Of a DNA stretch of 64,000 nt, positions 48,077-58,702 are shown in pieces. This stretch comes from Promethearchaeota archaeon (GTDB taxonomy: Archaea > Asgardarchaeota > Lokiarchaeia > Sigyniarchaeales > SOKP01): assembly GCA_048938855.1 (NCBI GenBank), contig JBHLLT010000002.1:396780-460779 (forward strand), in the 5' to 3' direction. Numbering within the stretch: the first letter of the stretch is position 1; each line of letters opens with the position of its first letter. Made by a program: the position numbers and the translations under genes. The notes under the pieces are model-generated. The model had not been told where the DNA came from. It saw only the letters and a list, made by a program, of their open reading frames with translations, and did no database searches.

Positions 48077-48288
48077 TTAACTGTTGAAATTCGTGAGATC
48101 AACACATACATCCCAATTTTTTTTGCAGGCGACATTGCATAAGTAATATTACTTGGTTTACTCTTCTTTTATTAAATAAAATATTTTTCAGTTTTATTTT
48201 CTACTTCTGGTGATAGTGGTAAATATATTGAAGGTTTTACTCCTACATCAGGACTTTTATTAAAACGAAAAAAGATTTTTGTAAGCAA
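48077..48288 (-). pseudogene. Decayed C-terminal fragment of an SDR paralogue
   Basis: KSPDVGVKPSIYLPLSPEVENKTEKYF** ... (frameshift) WDVCVDLTNF aligns with the neighbour's [26 protein letters not shown]...LWDVSVKLTNI. Confidence 0.75.
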
Positions 48289-48357
48289 TTTTAAAAACCT
48301 TCTCTATCAAAGTATGGATCTCTTAACTCGAAAAAGATTAGAAATCAAGAATTCAAA

Positions 48358-49305
48358 TTATTTTTTTGTAACCTTCCTAACATTTTTAACTAAATAGCCC
48401 CAAAAAGTATCTTTTACAAGTCTTCCACTAAAACTGATTTTATCGCCTTTTTTAAAATTATTTTCATTCTGTAATTTTGCACTTAACCGTAATTTTAAAC
48501 TTTCAATATTCTCGATATCTTCTTCCCGATAATCACTTGCTTTTTTTAATTTGGAGCCAATTTTCAGATTTTCAAGTGATATCATATAGAAAATTGTTAT
48601 ATTTCCTTGAAATTCAGATTCTCGTTCAACTATCTCAACAATTTCTCCTTCATATATGGTAATTGAAGTATCAAGATATTTCATAAGTGTTCCACCTGAA
48701 GAGGTCTCATCAATTAATACTGCTGATTTTTGTTTCCCTTTCACATTTTCTCCTACTTGAACTTCCGCAAGTTTAATCGTTTTAACTTTCTTTTCAAAAT
48801 CATCAGGCAGAGCTGTTAGAGTCCAGTCAGAAAGATTAAACCAATTTTGTTTTAAAGAATAGATGAATCCAATCCAAAAATGACTACAAAACCCCATATT
48901 TGCCCCAATTTTGCAATCACAGTCACGTTCAGGATTTTTTATATTATTTGGGTTAATGGACAGATAAGATTCTGTTTCCCAGTTCCATCCTTTAAATTTT
49001 AATTCGATTTCATGTTTACTAGGGTTTATAATCCTAATTTCAGCTACACTTTCTCTGTCTTCGCCATTAATCTTTTTTATTGCTAAATCAATTCCACTTG
49101 AGATAATCTCAACTTCTCTCTGTTTTAAAAGATCTTTCAATTCTTCTTCTGCTAACGAATCAAGAATATAATCAATTAATTCTGATTTTTTTAATTTTGA
49201 AAAACCTTTTATTTCAAAATCTCGACAAATTTGCTTCAAAGCATCATTGTTTAAGTACTGTAAAAGGTATTTCGAATATGTTTTATCATCAAGCTCTCTA
49301 TTCAT
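48358..49305 (-). CDS. Hypothetical protein: Rho-N/SAP-like helical motif, SWIM-type zinc finger, possible C-terminal OB fold
   Basis: LKQICRDFEIKGFSKLKKSELI; CDC...FCSH; beta-rich C-terminus (KGDKISFSG). Confidence 0.75.
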   Translation of the reverse strand: MNRELDDKTYSKYLLQYLNNDALKQICRDFEIKGFSKLKKSELIDYILDSLAEEELKDLLKQREVEIISSGIDLAIKKINGEDRESVAEIRIINPSKHEIELKFKGWNWETESYLSINPNNIKNPERDCDCKIGANMGFCSHFWIGFIYSLKQNWFNLSDWTLTALPDDFEKKVKTIKLAEVQVGENVKGKQKSAVLIDETSSGGTLMKYLDTSITIYEGEIVEIVERESEFQGNITIFYMISLENLKIGSKLKKASDYREEDIENIESLKLRLSAKLQNENNFKKGDKISFSGRLVKDTFWGYLVKNVRKVTKK

Positions 49306-49454
49306 TATATCTTATAATCCACATTTTTAAATTATGAATTCTCCAAATATATTTTTGTTATATTGCTTATATTTCTAACTATTATAACAATCCTAGAAAA
49401 CCGTTATAATTTGTAAATAATACTTAAAATTAATGTCTATTATAGAAATAAGAC

Positions 49455-50069
49455 CTATTTGGTCATTGTTCCTCTAACGAGAAATGCTGTTAAATTATTT
49501 ACAAGTTCTTCTTCATCTAATTCAAAACCACTACGAATCCACCAAATAAACACTCCAAGTACCGTAGATGTCCAAATTCTAGCTGAGATCTTAGGGTCTT
49601 GGTCTCGAGCACCGTATTCTGATAACTTTATTATGATTTTTTCAACTTCCTGTGTAAAATTATCCATTATTTCATTTCTTTTTATGCGATATTTTTGGTC
49701 CATTCCCCCCATTTGCTCAAAGAAAATTAGAAAAGTTTCTTTTTTTTCCTTAAACATTTTCGCGTATCCCCGAAAAAGTTTCTTAACTGCAGAGATTGGG
49801 GGAATTCTATTTTCTCTGAAATAAATGAATAATTCTCTAAATTTGCTTATCATAAGTTCAGCTAACCCACTAATTAACACTTCTATCACATCCTCTTTTG
49901 AATTAAAGTAATTATAGAAGTTCCCTACGCTCGTATTAGCCTTGTTTGTTATATCTTTTATTCGGGTATTATTAAATCCCTTTTTTTCAAAGACAGTGAG
50001 AGCTGATATTATAAAAAGATTTCTTTTTTCCTTTTTAATTCTCTCACTTTTTTTTTTTCTTAAAGACAA
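49455..50069 (-). CDS. TetR/AcrR family transcriptional regulator
   Basis: VFEKKGFNNTRIKDITNKANTSVGNFYNYFNSKE HTH. Confidence 0.92.
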   Translation of the reverse strand: MSLRKKKSERIKKEKRNLFIISALTVFEKKGFNNTRIKDITNKANTSVGNFYNYFNSKEDVIEVLISGLAELMISKFRELFIYFRENRIPPISAVKKLFRGYAKMFKEKKETFLIFFEQMGGMDQKYRIKRNEIMDNFTQEVEKIIIKLSEYGARDQDPKISARIWTSTVLGVFIWWIRSGFELDEEELVNNLTAFLVRGTMTK

Positions 50070-50346
50070 GTATAATCAACTCAAAAAATTAATTTAAACA
50101 TTTACAAACTTCATTAAAAATATTATAAATCTTAAGAAATCATGCTATAATTTATTACTTTTTAATCTTCAAACCAATGAATTTTCAATAAATTTTTAAA
50201 AATTGAAAAATTGGGCAAATATCACAATTTAAGTAGGACAATAAAGACAAATAATAAGAAGAGGGAAATTAATGGGAAAAGTTTAATAATATTTATTTCA
50301 TATTTTTTCAATACTATAAGCTAAATTAAAAAAGATATAAAAAAAA

Positions 50347-50371
50347 GAATGAACCTTCATTCACTGAATGA
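50347..50371. promoter_or_regulatory. Overlapping palindromes, candidate TetR operator
   Basis: GAATGAA-CC-TTCATTC (50347-50362) overlapping TCATTCA-C-TGAATGA, in the divergent region upstream of the TetR gene. Confidence 0.5.
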
Positions 50372-50505
50372 TGATTCGGTAAATTACAAGAAATTTACAC
50401 TGTTGCATGTGTAGGAAAATATTTATATACTAGACTTGTTTATTTAATTAAAAAAACATTTGAATAAAATAAGAATTGGTGATTACGATACTCAAAGAGG
50501 ATATA

Positions 50506-50691
50506 ATGAAGTATTTTGGTGAAATTAAATTTGCTGAACATAATAGTCTTGCTATTAATGATTTCGAACGTGCCTTCAAGAAACATTTTTCTGGGAAAAC
50601 TAAATTACCCCGTGGCCGCTATAAATTCGGTGAAATTGACAATTCTTCAGTAAAGGATTTTACTAAATCGTTTATAAGTTATTTCGAATAA
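50506..50691 (+). CDS. Small hypothetical protein
   Basis: ORF with AGAGG SD-like motif before the ATG of MKYFGEIKF (at ~50506). Confidence 0.55.
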   Translation: MKYFGEIKFAEHNSLAINDFERAFKKHFSGKTKLPRGRYKFGEIDNSSVKDFTKSFISYFE

Positions 50692-50805
50692 GCAAAAGCT
50701 TATTTTGTTATATATTTATATTTATTTTCATCTTATTTTTCTAAAATTACTTACTGTCAATCATATTTGATTAAAAAATAAATAGCTTTTTGCATTTCCA
50801 AAAAT

Positions 50806-51636
50806 ATGGAAGCTATAAAAAAAGTATTTATTGAAACAAATGGGATAAAGCTTCATACTATAATCGTCGGATCTGGAGAGCCCTTGATATTATTACATGG
50901 GTTTCCAGAATTTTGGTATTGTTGGTCAAAAGTGATTCCGCTTCTTAAAGATGATTTCAAATTGATTATCCCGGATATGAGAGGTTACAATTTATCTGAT
51001 AAACCTAAAGGTATAGAAAACTATACAGTAGAAATTTTAGTAGATGATATTAAAGGATTATCTGAAGAACTAGGATTGGGAAAATTCAGCCTTATAGGTC
51101 ATGATTGGGGGGGAGCAGTAGCCTGGATTTGTGCTGAAAAATATCCAGAGCTATTAAATAAACTGGTAATACTAAATTCTCCTCATCCAAAAATTTTTTC
51201 TCAAAAGCTAAGAACTGATAGGGAACAGCAACAAGCGAGTTTCTATATTTTTGAGTTTTATAAACCTGACGGAGAAAAATTCATTATTGAAAACGATTAT
51301 GAACAACTAAAAAAATTTGTGTTTACATCAAGCTTTAGTGAATTAGATAGAAAAAAATATGTTGAAGCTTGGTCTCAACCAGGGGCAATAGAAGGAGGAG
51401 TGAATTATTATCGAGCAAATCAAAGTTTTAAAAAATGGACAGGCTCTATTGAAGTCCCTACCTTAGTGATATGGGGAATAAAGGACAAATTTTTAACCCC
51501 TCAATTGTTAGATGGATTAACTGAATATGTTAAAGATTTACAAATTGAAAAGAATGAAGAAGCTTCTCATTGGATCACTCATGATGCACCTGATTTTGTA
51601 TCTTCTAAAATTCGAAAATTCATTCACAATAATTGA
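50806..51636 (+). CDS. Alpha/beta hydrolase, epoxide hydrolase-like
   Basis: HGFPE, DMRGY, GHDWGG, NYYRA, SHW. Confidence 0.92.
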   Translation: MEAIKKVFIETNGIKLHTIIVGSGEPLILLHGFPEFWYCWSKVIPLLKDDFKLIIPDMRGYNLSDKPKGIENYTVEILVDDIKGLSEELGLGKFSLIGHDWGGAVAWICAEKYPELLNKLVILNSPHPKIFSQKLRTDREQQQASFYIFEFYKPDGEKFIIENDYEQLKKFVFTSSFSELDRKKYVEAWSQPGAIEGGVNYYRANQSFKKWTGSIEVPTLVIWGIKDKFLTPQLLDGLTEYVKDLQIEKNEEASHWITHDAPDFVSSKIRKFIHNN

Positions 51637-51853
51637 TCTTAAAGGAAAACTTTAAAATCCAAAGTTTTAACATTTTTTTTATAAGTATTTCTCCAAATTG
51701 TCAAATACCTCGATATATTACCTTATTTTGAATATTATAGATTGAAATAAATAAATTTATAAAGCTCATTAGTTGGATATATTATAAGAAACTTAGAAAA
51801 AAGTTTATTTCCTATCTAAAATTTCTAAAATTATAAAACAAAACCTTTAAAAG

Positions 51854-52321
51854 ATGGAAGAAGATAAAAACCTTTTATCTTGGGCTGTAAAACTCGACTG
51901 GTTAAATATTTTATCAAAACTAAATCTTGAAAGTATAAGCCAGATTCCCAAATTTAAAAAGGAAAAAGCTCTTAAAAGGATTACAAAGTTCTATGGTCTA
52001 GAAGCACTTTTAGAATTTGATCCAGATTACTTAGATAATTTAGTAATAAATGAATTGAAAGAATTAATGAAAAAAGAACTGCTTCTAAATGAAAGAAAAC
52101 AAGAGAGAATGGAGAAAGAACTACGCGATAAAATTATACCATTTAAAAGAGGCAGTATAATAAAGATTGATCCTAGGGATTTCAAAGATTTTAAGGATGA
52201 TCCAGAGGATCCAGACAAAATCTTTAAATATTTCTATAAAAAATTACTTGGAAAGGATGATGATGACAGCGACGATGATAATGATAACTATAAAGAGGAT
52301 AACACCCACTACTACATTTAA
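51854..52321 (+). CDS. Hypothetical protein with acidic tail
   Basis: 155-aa ORF ending DDDDSDDDNDN...YYI. Confidence 0.7.
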   Translation: MEEDKNLLSWAVKLDWLNILSKLNLESISQIPKFKKEKALKRITKFYGLEALLEFDPDYLDNLVINELKELMKKELLLNERKQERMEKELRDKIIPFKRGSIIKIDPRDFKDFKDDPEDPDKIFKYFYKKLLGKDDDDSDDDNDNYKEDNTHYYI

Positions 52322-52401
52322 GAGATAATTATAAGATTTACTCTTTACCTTATATTGAATTGTCAAATATATCTTCGTAAGGATATTATCTATTTGTTTT
52401 C

Positions 52402-54003
52402 TTAAATTATCTTATTCTTTAAGAATTTTAAATCTGTCTTTTTGATTTTTCGATATATTAAAAATAAAAGAATATATCCTATAGTAGACCATAATAACCA
52501 CGATAAAGATTGGTAGAAATCCATATTTGAAATATAGTTAATAAAGCCTTCTAGTATGTAAAAGCCGAAATCATTTAGTTCTCCAGGGAAATCTACTATT
52601 TTTGGAGTAAGATCAACAGCAATAATTTGATGGGTATTATTTTTAAGAGTATTAAATACATTAGTAATGGTTAAATTCGTTGGGTCATCAAGTCTCATTC
52701 TAATGAATGTATTTAAATCTTCGTTTGTATGAATATCTGATCCACCTATGCACGTAAGGCTATTATTTAGGCAGAATTGCCGTATGTATAAATATTTTTC
52801 CGAATAACTACCTCCATTAACAATCTCAAATCCATCAACGCCCCAATCTCTTAACTGAGTCAATGTATACGGAACACCAAAACCACCTTTGGGGTTGGGA
52901 TCATAATTATAATGATTGACAGTAATAAAACCACCATTTAATTTTACATAATTTATTGTATCAGATGCATTCATAGCGAGAGGACCTCCAGGAGTGTAGG
53001 ATTGAAGCGGTACAATTTCCTCAGAAAGCCCAAAAATATTCATATGAATATCATTTTCATTATCCGTCCATTCTTCTGCCATAAAAACAGTAAAATTTAA
53101 ACTATTTTCCATTACATAACTTGAAGCTGCTATTGCGCCTCTTAAATTATCATGATCAGAAAAAGCAGCACCAGATATCCCATGCTGGAGATACCAATTA
53201 ACTCTTTCTTCTGCTGTAAGCCATCCATCACTAAATGTAGTATGAGCATGAAAATCGAATAAAAATTCGTCATCTTCAAGTGGTACAATTGGTATGATTT
53301 CATGAGGGGGAAAGGGTATAGAGATTAAGACAATACTGCTTGACAGAAGTAGAGCTCCAATTCCAACGTACAATTTTGACTCTTTTTTTATTCTTATTAA
53401 TTTGCTTTTTCTTTTTGTTTTTTGTATCTTTTTAAAAAGGTTTAACTTTAATTTTGGATGAAAAAGTTTAAGTAGGGAATAAGCAACTTTAACAATGATT
53501 AGTATAAGACCAAGATGGATCGCAATTTGAATTGGTATCATAAAATATCTACTCACGAAGAAGTAACCTTGTATCAAAAATCCAATTAAAATATATAAAC
53601 CCACTATCAAAATTGAGATAGTTAGGACTTGGAATGAAAAAGATATTATGTCAGCTATCGGATATGTCAAGTATCTATATTTTTGTGATTTAAAAAAACC
53701 TTTTTTCTTAAAAAGTAAATAAAATCCTCTGAAGATTGGATAAAATATTAAAAATATAAACATCCACGTAAATTCATCCTTTAATATAAAAGCAAGAGCC
53801 ACAAAAGGCTCTAGAATGTACCTAAATACCGGATAACTACTTTTAAATTCAGATGATACATCAACTTGTCCAAGAGCATCATAAAATATCACTGTTCTGT
53901 GTCCAGTTAAAGCAAGGATGAGAAGAAATATAAGCCATACTATGAATAAGGAGGATAAAACGGTAAATAATTTGTTATTCTTCATTAAAGAATGAATCTT
54001 CAT
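52402..54003 (-). CDS. Membrane-anchored PHP-domain phosphoesterase
   Basis: N-terminal TMs; DFHAHT..SDG, SDHD, EE, NH, GGSDIH; C-terminal TM. Confidence 0.85.
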   Translation of the reverse strand: MKIHSLMKNNKLFTVLSSLFIVWLIFLLILALTGHRTVIFYDALGQVDVSSEFKSSYPVFRYILEPFVALAFILKDEFTWMFIFLIFYPIFRGFYLLFKKKGFFKSQKYRYLTYPIADIISFSFQVLTISILIVGLYILIGFLIQGYFFVSRYFMIPIQIAIHLGLILIIVKVAYSLLKLFHPKLKLNLFKKIQKTKRKSKLIRIKKESKLYVGIGALLLSSSIVLISIPFPPHEIIPIVPLEDDEFLFDFHAHTTFSDGWLTAEERVNWYLQHGISGAAFSDHDNLRGAIAASSYVMENSLNFTVFMAEEWTDNENDIHMNIFGLSEEIVPLQSYTPGGPLAMNASDTINYVKLNGGFITVNHYNYDPNPKGGFGVPYTLTQLRDWGVDGFEIVNGGSYSEKYLYIRQFCLNNSLTCIGGSDIHTNEDLNTFIRMRLDDPTNLTITNVFNTLKNNTHQIIAVDLTPKIVDFPGELNDFGFYILEGFINYISNMDFYQSLSWLLWSTIGYILLFLIYRKIKKTDLKFLKNKII

Positions 54004-54065
54004 AATAGATAGATGAATCTAAATTACTAATAAACTTTTAAAATTCTATATTAAAGAAAAAATTG

Positions 54066-55262
54066 TTAAGTTAGAATGTAATTATCTATTGTTTTTAATG
54101 ATTTTACATATTTTTGATAAATTTTTACATCTACAACAGGAAAAGTATTACAAATTTTTGTTCTTAGTTCTTTTTCTTTAATTTTACATGATTTTAATGG
54201 TTTAATCCCTTTCAATATCAGATATAATATTGGCATCTTAGGTGTAGATGGATGATATTTATAATTTAGATCTTGTAATGAATTATCTAACTTATTTAAT
54301 ATATAATATTCAATTTCTTGATTATTCCTCATTTCAAAATTGAAATAAACCGACTTCCACAGATAATTCCTGTTAGCTAATTGTACATTTTTTACACTTT
54401 TTTCAAATTTCTCATTTATTTTTCTGACTTGTACTAAAAATACCCCCCGTTTAAAAGAATTGTCCACTGAACAAACAGCTTCTGATGAGCCCGGATTATA
54501 AATCCAATCTTCAAGAATAAATTGTTTATGAAAATGCCCTAAAGCTAAATAGTCTACTCGATGATGTAATGGTTGTGTATCTTCAATTTTTACTCCTGGA
54601 ATATTTTCCATTTGACCTTCAATTCCAAAATGTTGTATAAGTATGTTAAATAAACTACTTTCTTTGATAATTGCTTTTCTTATTTTTGAGAGTGCTGAAA
54701 TTGGCTGTTCCCCAAGATATTGGGTACCATAGATGACTACATTCTTGATCTGAATTTTTCCACCCTTTTTTGTTTTAAAATTATAGGGCACAAAAATTTT
54801 TTCTATAGGCGCTTCTAAATCAACACCAAGAAGAATTATCAATCCTAAACTATTCAAAAGTTTTAGCCATGACTGACCTCGCTTTTCAAATCTAATTCCT
54901 CTTGAAAATTTTCGAATATCATGGTTACCTTCTATTGCTATTATTAAAATTGAACCCTTTGTAAATTCTTTGAAATCTTTTAATATTTCAACGATTTTTA
55001 TCAGTTTTCCAGGAAGCATTTCTAAAGATGTAAAAACATCGCCTCCCAATATAATAAAATCAACATTGCGTTTAATCGCTAATTCTAAGATTTCTTGAAA
55101 TGCTCGAATGAAATCATCTGAACGATACTTATTTGAATATTGATGACTGCCCAAATGAATATCACTGGCATGAATGAATCGGGTAATAGTAGGATCATTT
55201 ATAGATTTGTTGTAAAAATTTTCAAATTTAGATTTAAAAATGTTGTCTGGAAGCATTACCAT
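54066..55262 (-). CDS. Mre11/SbcD-like metallophosphoesterase nuclease
   Basis: SDIHLG, GGDVF, GNHD, YLALGHFH, YNPGS. Confidence 0.88.
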   Translation of the reverse strand: MVMLPDNIFKSKFENFYNKSINDPTITRFIHASDIHLGSHQYSNKYRSDDFIRAFQEILELAIKRNVDFIILGGDVFTSLEMLPGKLIKIVEILKDFKEFTKGSILIIAIEGNHDIRKFSRGIRFEKRGQSWLKLLNSLGLIILLGVDLEAPIEKIFVPYNFKTKKGGKIQIKNVVIYGTQYLGEQPISALSKIRKAIIKESSLFNILIQHFGIEGQMENIPGVKIEDTQPLHHRVDYLALGHFHKQFILEDWIYNPGSSEAVCSVDNSFKRGVFLVQVRKINEKFEKSVKNVQLANRNYLWKSVYFNFEMRNNQEIEYYILNKLDNSLQDLNYKYHPSTPKMPILYLILKGIKPLKSCKIKEKELRTKICNTFPVVDVKIYQKYVKSLKTIDNYILT

Positions 55263-55408
55263 ACCATTTTTAGATTGAAAATCAAAATGATATTGTAATT
55301 ATTTTTTTCAAATTTTTAAATAATAAAAGCCCTATGATATAGTAAATAAATTATATATGAATAAAATTAGTTAAAAATATAATAATGCATAAATAACCTA
55401 CATTAATA

Positions 55409-55987
55409 ATGCAAGAGAAAAAAGTTCAATATGATCTAGGAGTAATACATGGTAGATTTCAAGTATTACATAATGATCATATAAAATACTTGTTAGCTGG
55501 TAAAAGATTATGCAAATGTCTCGTAGTAGGTATTACTAATCCTGATCCATCCTTAACAAGAGATTCGGAAGCAAATCCCCATAGAAGCTCTCCAATAGCC
55601 AATCCATTAACTTACTACGAACGCTATATAATGGTTCAAGCGGCGTTATTAGAGCAAGGACTAAAATATTCGGAATTTTCAATTGTTCCTTTTCCAATAA
55701 ATGTTCCTGAATTACTTAAGTATTATATACCTCTTGATGCTGTCTTCTTTTTAACAATTTATGATGATTGGGGGAGGCAAAAAAAGGAATATCTTAAGTC
55801 TTTGGGTTTAAAAATCCACGTTCTATGGGAAGTCACTCTTGAGAATAAAGGACTTAGCTCAAGTGATATCCGTGAAGATATGATCAAGGGTAGACAATGG
55901 GAACAATATGTACCTTCAAGTGTTGCACGCCTCATGAGAGATTGGGGTATAATTAAGAGGCTTAAAAAATTAAGTCGAGTTAATTAA
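55409..55987 (+). CDS. Nicotinamide/nicotinate mononucleotide adenylyltransferase-like
   Basis: HGRFQVLHNDH, NPLTYYER, SSSDIR, W..YVP. Confidence 0.85.
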   Translation: MQEKKVQYDLGVIHGRFQVLHNDHIKYLLAGKRLCKCLVVGITNPDPSLTRDSEANPHRSSPIANPLTYYERYIMVQAALLEQGLKYSEFSIVPFPINVPELLKYYIPLDAVFFLTIYDDWGRQKKEYLKSLGLKIHVLWEVTLENKGLSSSDIREDMIKGRQWEQYVPSSVARLMRDWGIIKRLKKLSRVN

Positions 55988-56205
55988 TATAAATAATTCT
56001 GTAATTTTTCTCTCTATTATAGGTCAAATTAAGTTCACAATAAATAACTATTAATATAACTCTGACCATATAACTATTAAATTATGAGTTTATCCAATTT
56101 TTTTTAATGATATACTAATAATTATTATCCCAGATCGAGTAATAATGTATAGTTATTTATTGATTAGCAAACATTACACTATATGAATAACAAACAATAG
56201 TAAAA

Positions 56206-56967
56206 TTGGTGAAAAAAACGTTTCAAATTAACCCCACGCTCAGTAGACTCATAGTAATATTAGCACTTGGAATTTTAGCACTCGATTTTTTTATAATTGC
56301 TTTTCAGATTTTGAGGAGAAAAAGACAACGTTTCCATTTTATTACCAGTGGGTTTTATATTAGTTTATCTATTGGTTTTGTATTAAATTTGATATATGCT
56401 GCAATAAATAATACTGTAGCCATTTTGATTCTTAATTTTTTAACAAATTTTTTCATATTTTTTGGTGTAGTTTTTCTTTTTATTGTAAACATGATAATCT
56501 TAGAATCTGCTCTTATTTATTCAATCAAAAGGCAAAATCGATACATTATATTGTATGGAAGTTTGCTTTTCATAGGTATGCTATTCTTAGTAATAATGTC
56601 ATATATAATTCCTGATTATGAACCGTTTTTCGGAATATTAATTAACGTAAATGGTATACCACAATGGGGAGCGATTTTTTTTACTTATATTTTATTAATG
56701 GTGACCGGCTTTTGTATCGTTCCAATTATTTATACTAATTTTAAAATATATTTTCGTTTAGAAACAAAAGCATTAAAGAGAAAATGGATAGCACATTTAG
56801 TAGGTTTCTTGGGATTATCTGTTGATTTTTATTTAATAATTATATATAATCTACTAGATCCTGATATTTTTTCCACTATTAGATCTATAATTAGCATATC
56901 ATTCATTTCAGTAGTCCTTTGGGGGTATTTAATGTATCGGGGTATTGGTATTAGACTAAGAGCATGA
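56206..56967 (+). CDS. Stand-alone ~7-TM membrane protein
   Basis: Seven hydrophobic segments with no soluble output domain. Confidence 0.75.
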   Translation: MVKKTFQINPTLSRLIVILALGILALDFFIIAFQILRRKRQRFHFITSGFYISLSIGFVLNLIYAAINNTVAILILNFLTNFFIFFGVVFLFIVNMIILESALIYSIKRQNRYIILYGSLLFIGMLFLVIMSYIIPDYEPFFGILINVNGIPQWGAIFFTYILLMVTGFCIVPIIYTNFKIYFRLETKALKRKWIAHLVGFLGLSVDFYLIIIYNLLDPDIFSTIRSIISISFISVVLWGYLMYRGIGIRLRA

Positions 56968-57086
56968 ATTAGTTTTTAGACTTATTTTCCTTTTTTTCAT
57001 GGGAGAAGAATAGAAAATTTTATATATGGTTTTGAGAAGAATAAATTAGGATATCAAAAAAAAATAAGAAGGATTAGGGAACTAAA

Positions 57087-58181
57087 TTGGCATCTTTAAG
57101 TGAAAGTCAATTAAAGCATCAAAAAGAGGATGCTTACTTTCAAAAACTTGTATTTCAAAATGGACAAGAATATGGATTAAGATTTGCAACTCCTAAAGAT
57201 GCTAAAAATATTTCTCATATGTTTAAAGAAATTTATAATTATAAATATATTAATCCAACAGTGTATGATATTGAGCTTTTAAAAAAAGAAATCTCAAAAC
57301 CTAACAAGTTATGGGTCCTAAGCGATTTATTGGAAAAAAAGATGACTGTTGGTTGCGCTTTAGTTGAAAAAGAAAGATATATTGCCCATGCTGGTAGTTT
57401 AATCGTAAAGAAAGATTTTCAGGGTAGAGGAATTACTACCAAAATGGCGGCAGCCGGGCTTATAACAGTAACAAAAATGCCTCAATTTAATAACGTATTA
57501 AGACTTAATATTGAAGTTCGCGGTCCAAAGACTAGAGTACAAACTGCTGCTCAAAATGCAGGAGGAATACCTTATAGTATTATCCCCGATTATATTAATT
57601 TTGGTGATAAAAGAAATCTTGAATTTACTGATAATAACCCTTGTCCCCCCCAACAAGAGGAATCAGCAATACTTTTTTCAATGATATTTAGAAATCTATG
57701 GAAGAAAAGAGATAAAGACGTTTATCTTTTAGATAATGAAGACCTTCTTTTCTTATATAAATATATTCGAAGCCAAACCAAAAAAATGGCAGATGATACA
57801 GTAATTCTCAAAGACGCGAAAAAAGGTAAGGGATATGAACTTTACGGTGTTTCTAAAGATTATTATATGGCAAATGTAAAATTATTTGGCTATATTAAAG
57901 AAAAGTCTCTTAAGAATTTATTAAACACATATAAGAATTGGCGAATAATCCTTTGGAAAATTCCTACGACAGAAAATGGAATTTCTTCAATGTCTCTTGC
58001 ATTAAAGAAAGGATTTAAAGTAGTCGGCTATGATATAGGTTTTAATAACATAAATTGGACTTTATTTGATTCAGTAATACTAGTTTATTACCCAAATAAT
58101 AATTACATATTGTCAGATGTTAATTGTATCGACTCAATAAAACCTCTTTTTAACTTGATAAAGAAGCAATTTAAGAATTAA
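57087..58181 (+). CDS. GNAT-domain protein
   Basis: LRFATPKDA; VKKDFQGRGIT acetyl-CoA binding motif. Confidence 0.75.
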   Translation: MASLSESQLKHQKEDAYFQKLVFQNGQEYGLRFATPKDAKNISHMFKEIYNYKYINPTVYDIELLKKEISKPNKLWVLSDLLEKKMTVGCALVEKERYIAHAGSLIVKKDFQGRGITTKMAAAGLITVTKMPQFNNVLRLNIEVRGPKTRVQTAAQNAGGIPYSIIPDYINFGDKRNLEFTDNNPCPPQQEESAILFSMIFRNLWKKRDKDVYLLDNEDLLFLYKYIRSQTKKMADDTVILKDAKKGKGYELYGVSKDYYMANVKLFGYIKEKSLKNLLNTYKNWRIILWKIPTTENGISSMSLALKKGFKVVGYDIGFNNINWTLFDSVILVYYPNNNYILSDVNCIDSIKPLFNLIKKQFKN

Positions 58182-58246
58182 AATTATATCAAAATTATAT
58201 TTAATTACTCAAAAACACAATATTTCATTAATTTTATTTTTTTTAA

Positions 58247-58702
58247 TTATGTAAAAAGAGAAATTACTTTTTCTTCAAAAGTTTGAGTACCAGTTCCGAA
58301 AATTTTATTAATTTCTCTTGTAAAAGGTTCAAATTGCCCAACTTTTGTAAGATTACAACCATTAAAATGAGAAATAAAACTTTTTAATAATTTTTCTAAT
58401 AAGGGTAAAATTGTTTTTTTGAGATATTTCTCAAGTCTATAATCCTTGTCCAACACTATAAAAGCAACAATTTCCTGAACATCCCTAAATAGATCTTTTA
58501 TTGTCCCTTTCTTAAAAATTATTGAATATTTATCGCTTTCAAAGTATTCTACTGGCTCCATCAAGCATTCGGCAAAACTCAAAAGTCCACTCATCAATCC
58601 ACTCGAACAAATTAAATTGGTTTGATCTTTACTAGCCCTATGATAGCTAGTGAATATAATGGGAATTCCGTGGAAGAGTATTCCAGCTTCTCGAATTAAC
58701 AT
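58247..58702 (-). CDS. Longin-like small alpha/beta protein
   Basis: Pattern of beta-beta (GIPI), helix SGLMSGLLSFA, three beta strands, helix ...F...F; inferred fold. Confidence 0.6.
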   Translation of the reverse strand: MLIREAGILFHGIPIIFTSYHRASKDQTNLICSSGLMSGLLSFAECLMEPVEYFESDKYSIIFKKGTIKDLFRDVQEIVAFIVLDKDYRLEKYLKKTILPLLEKLLKSFISHFNGCNLTKVGQFEPFTREINKIFGTGTQTFEEKVISLFT

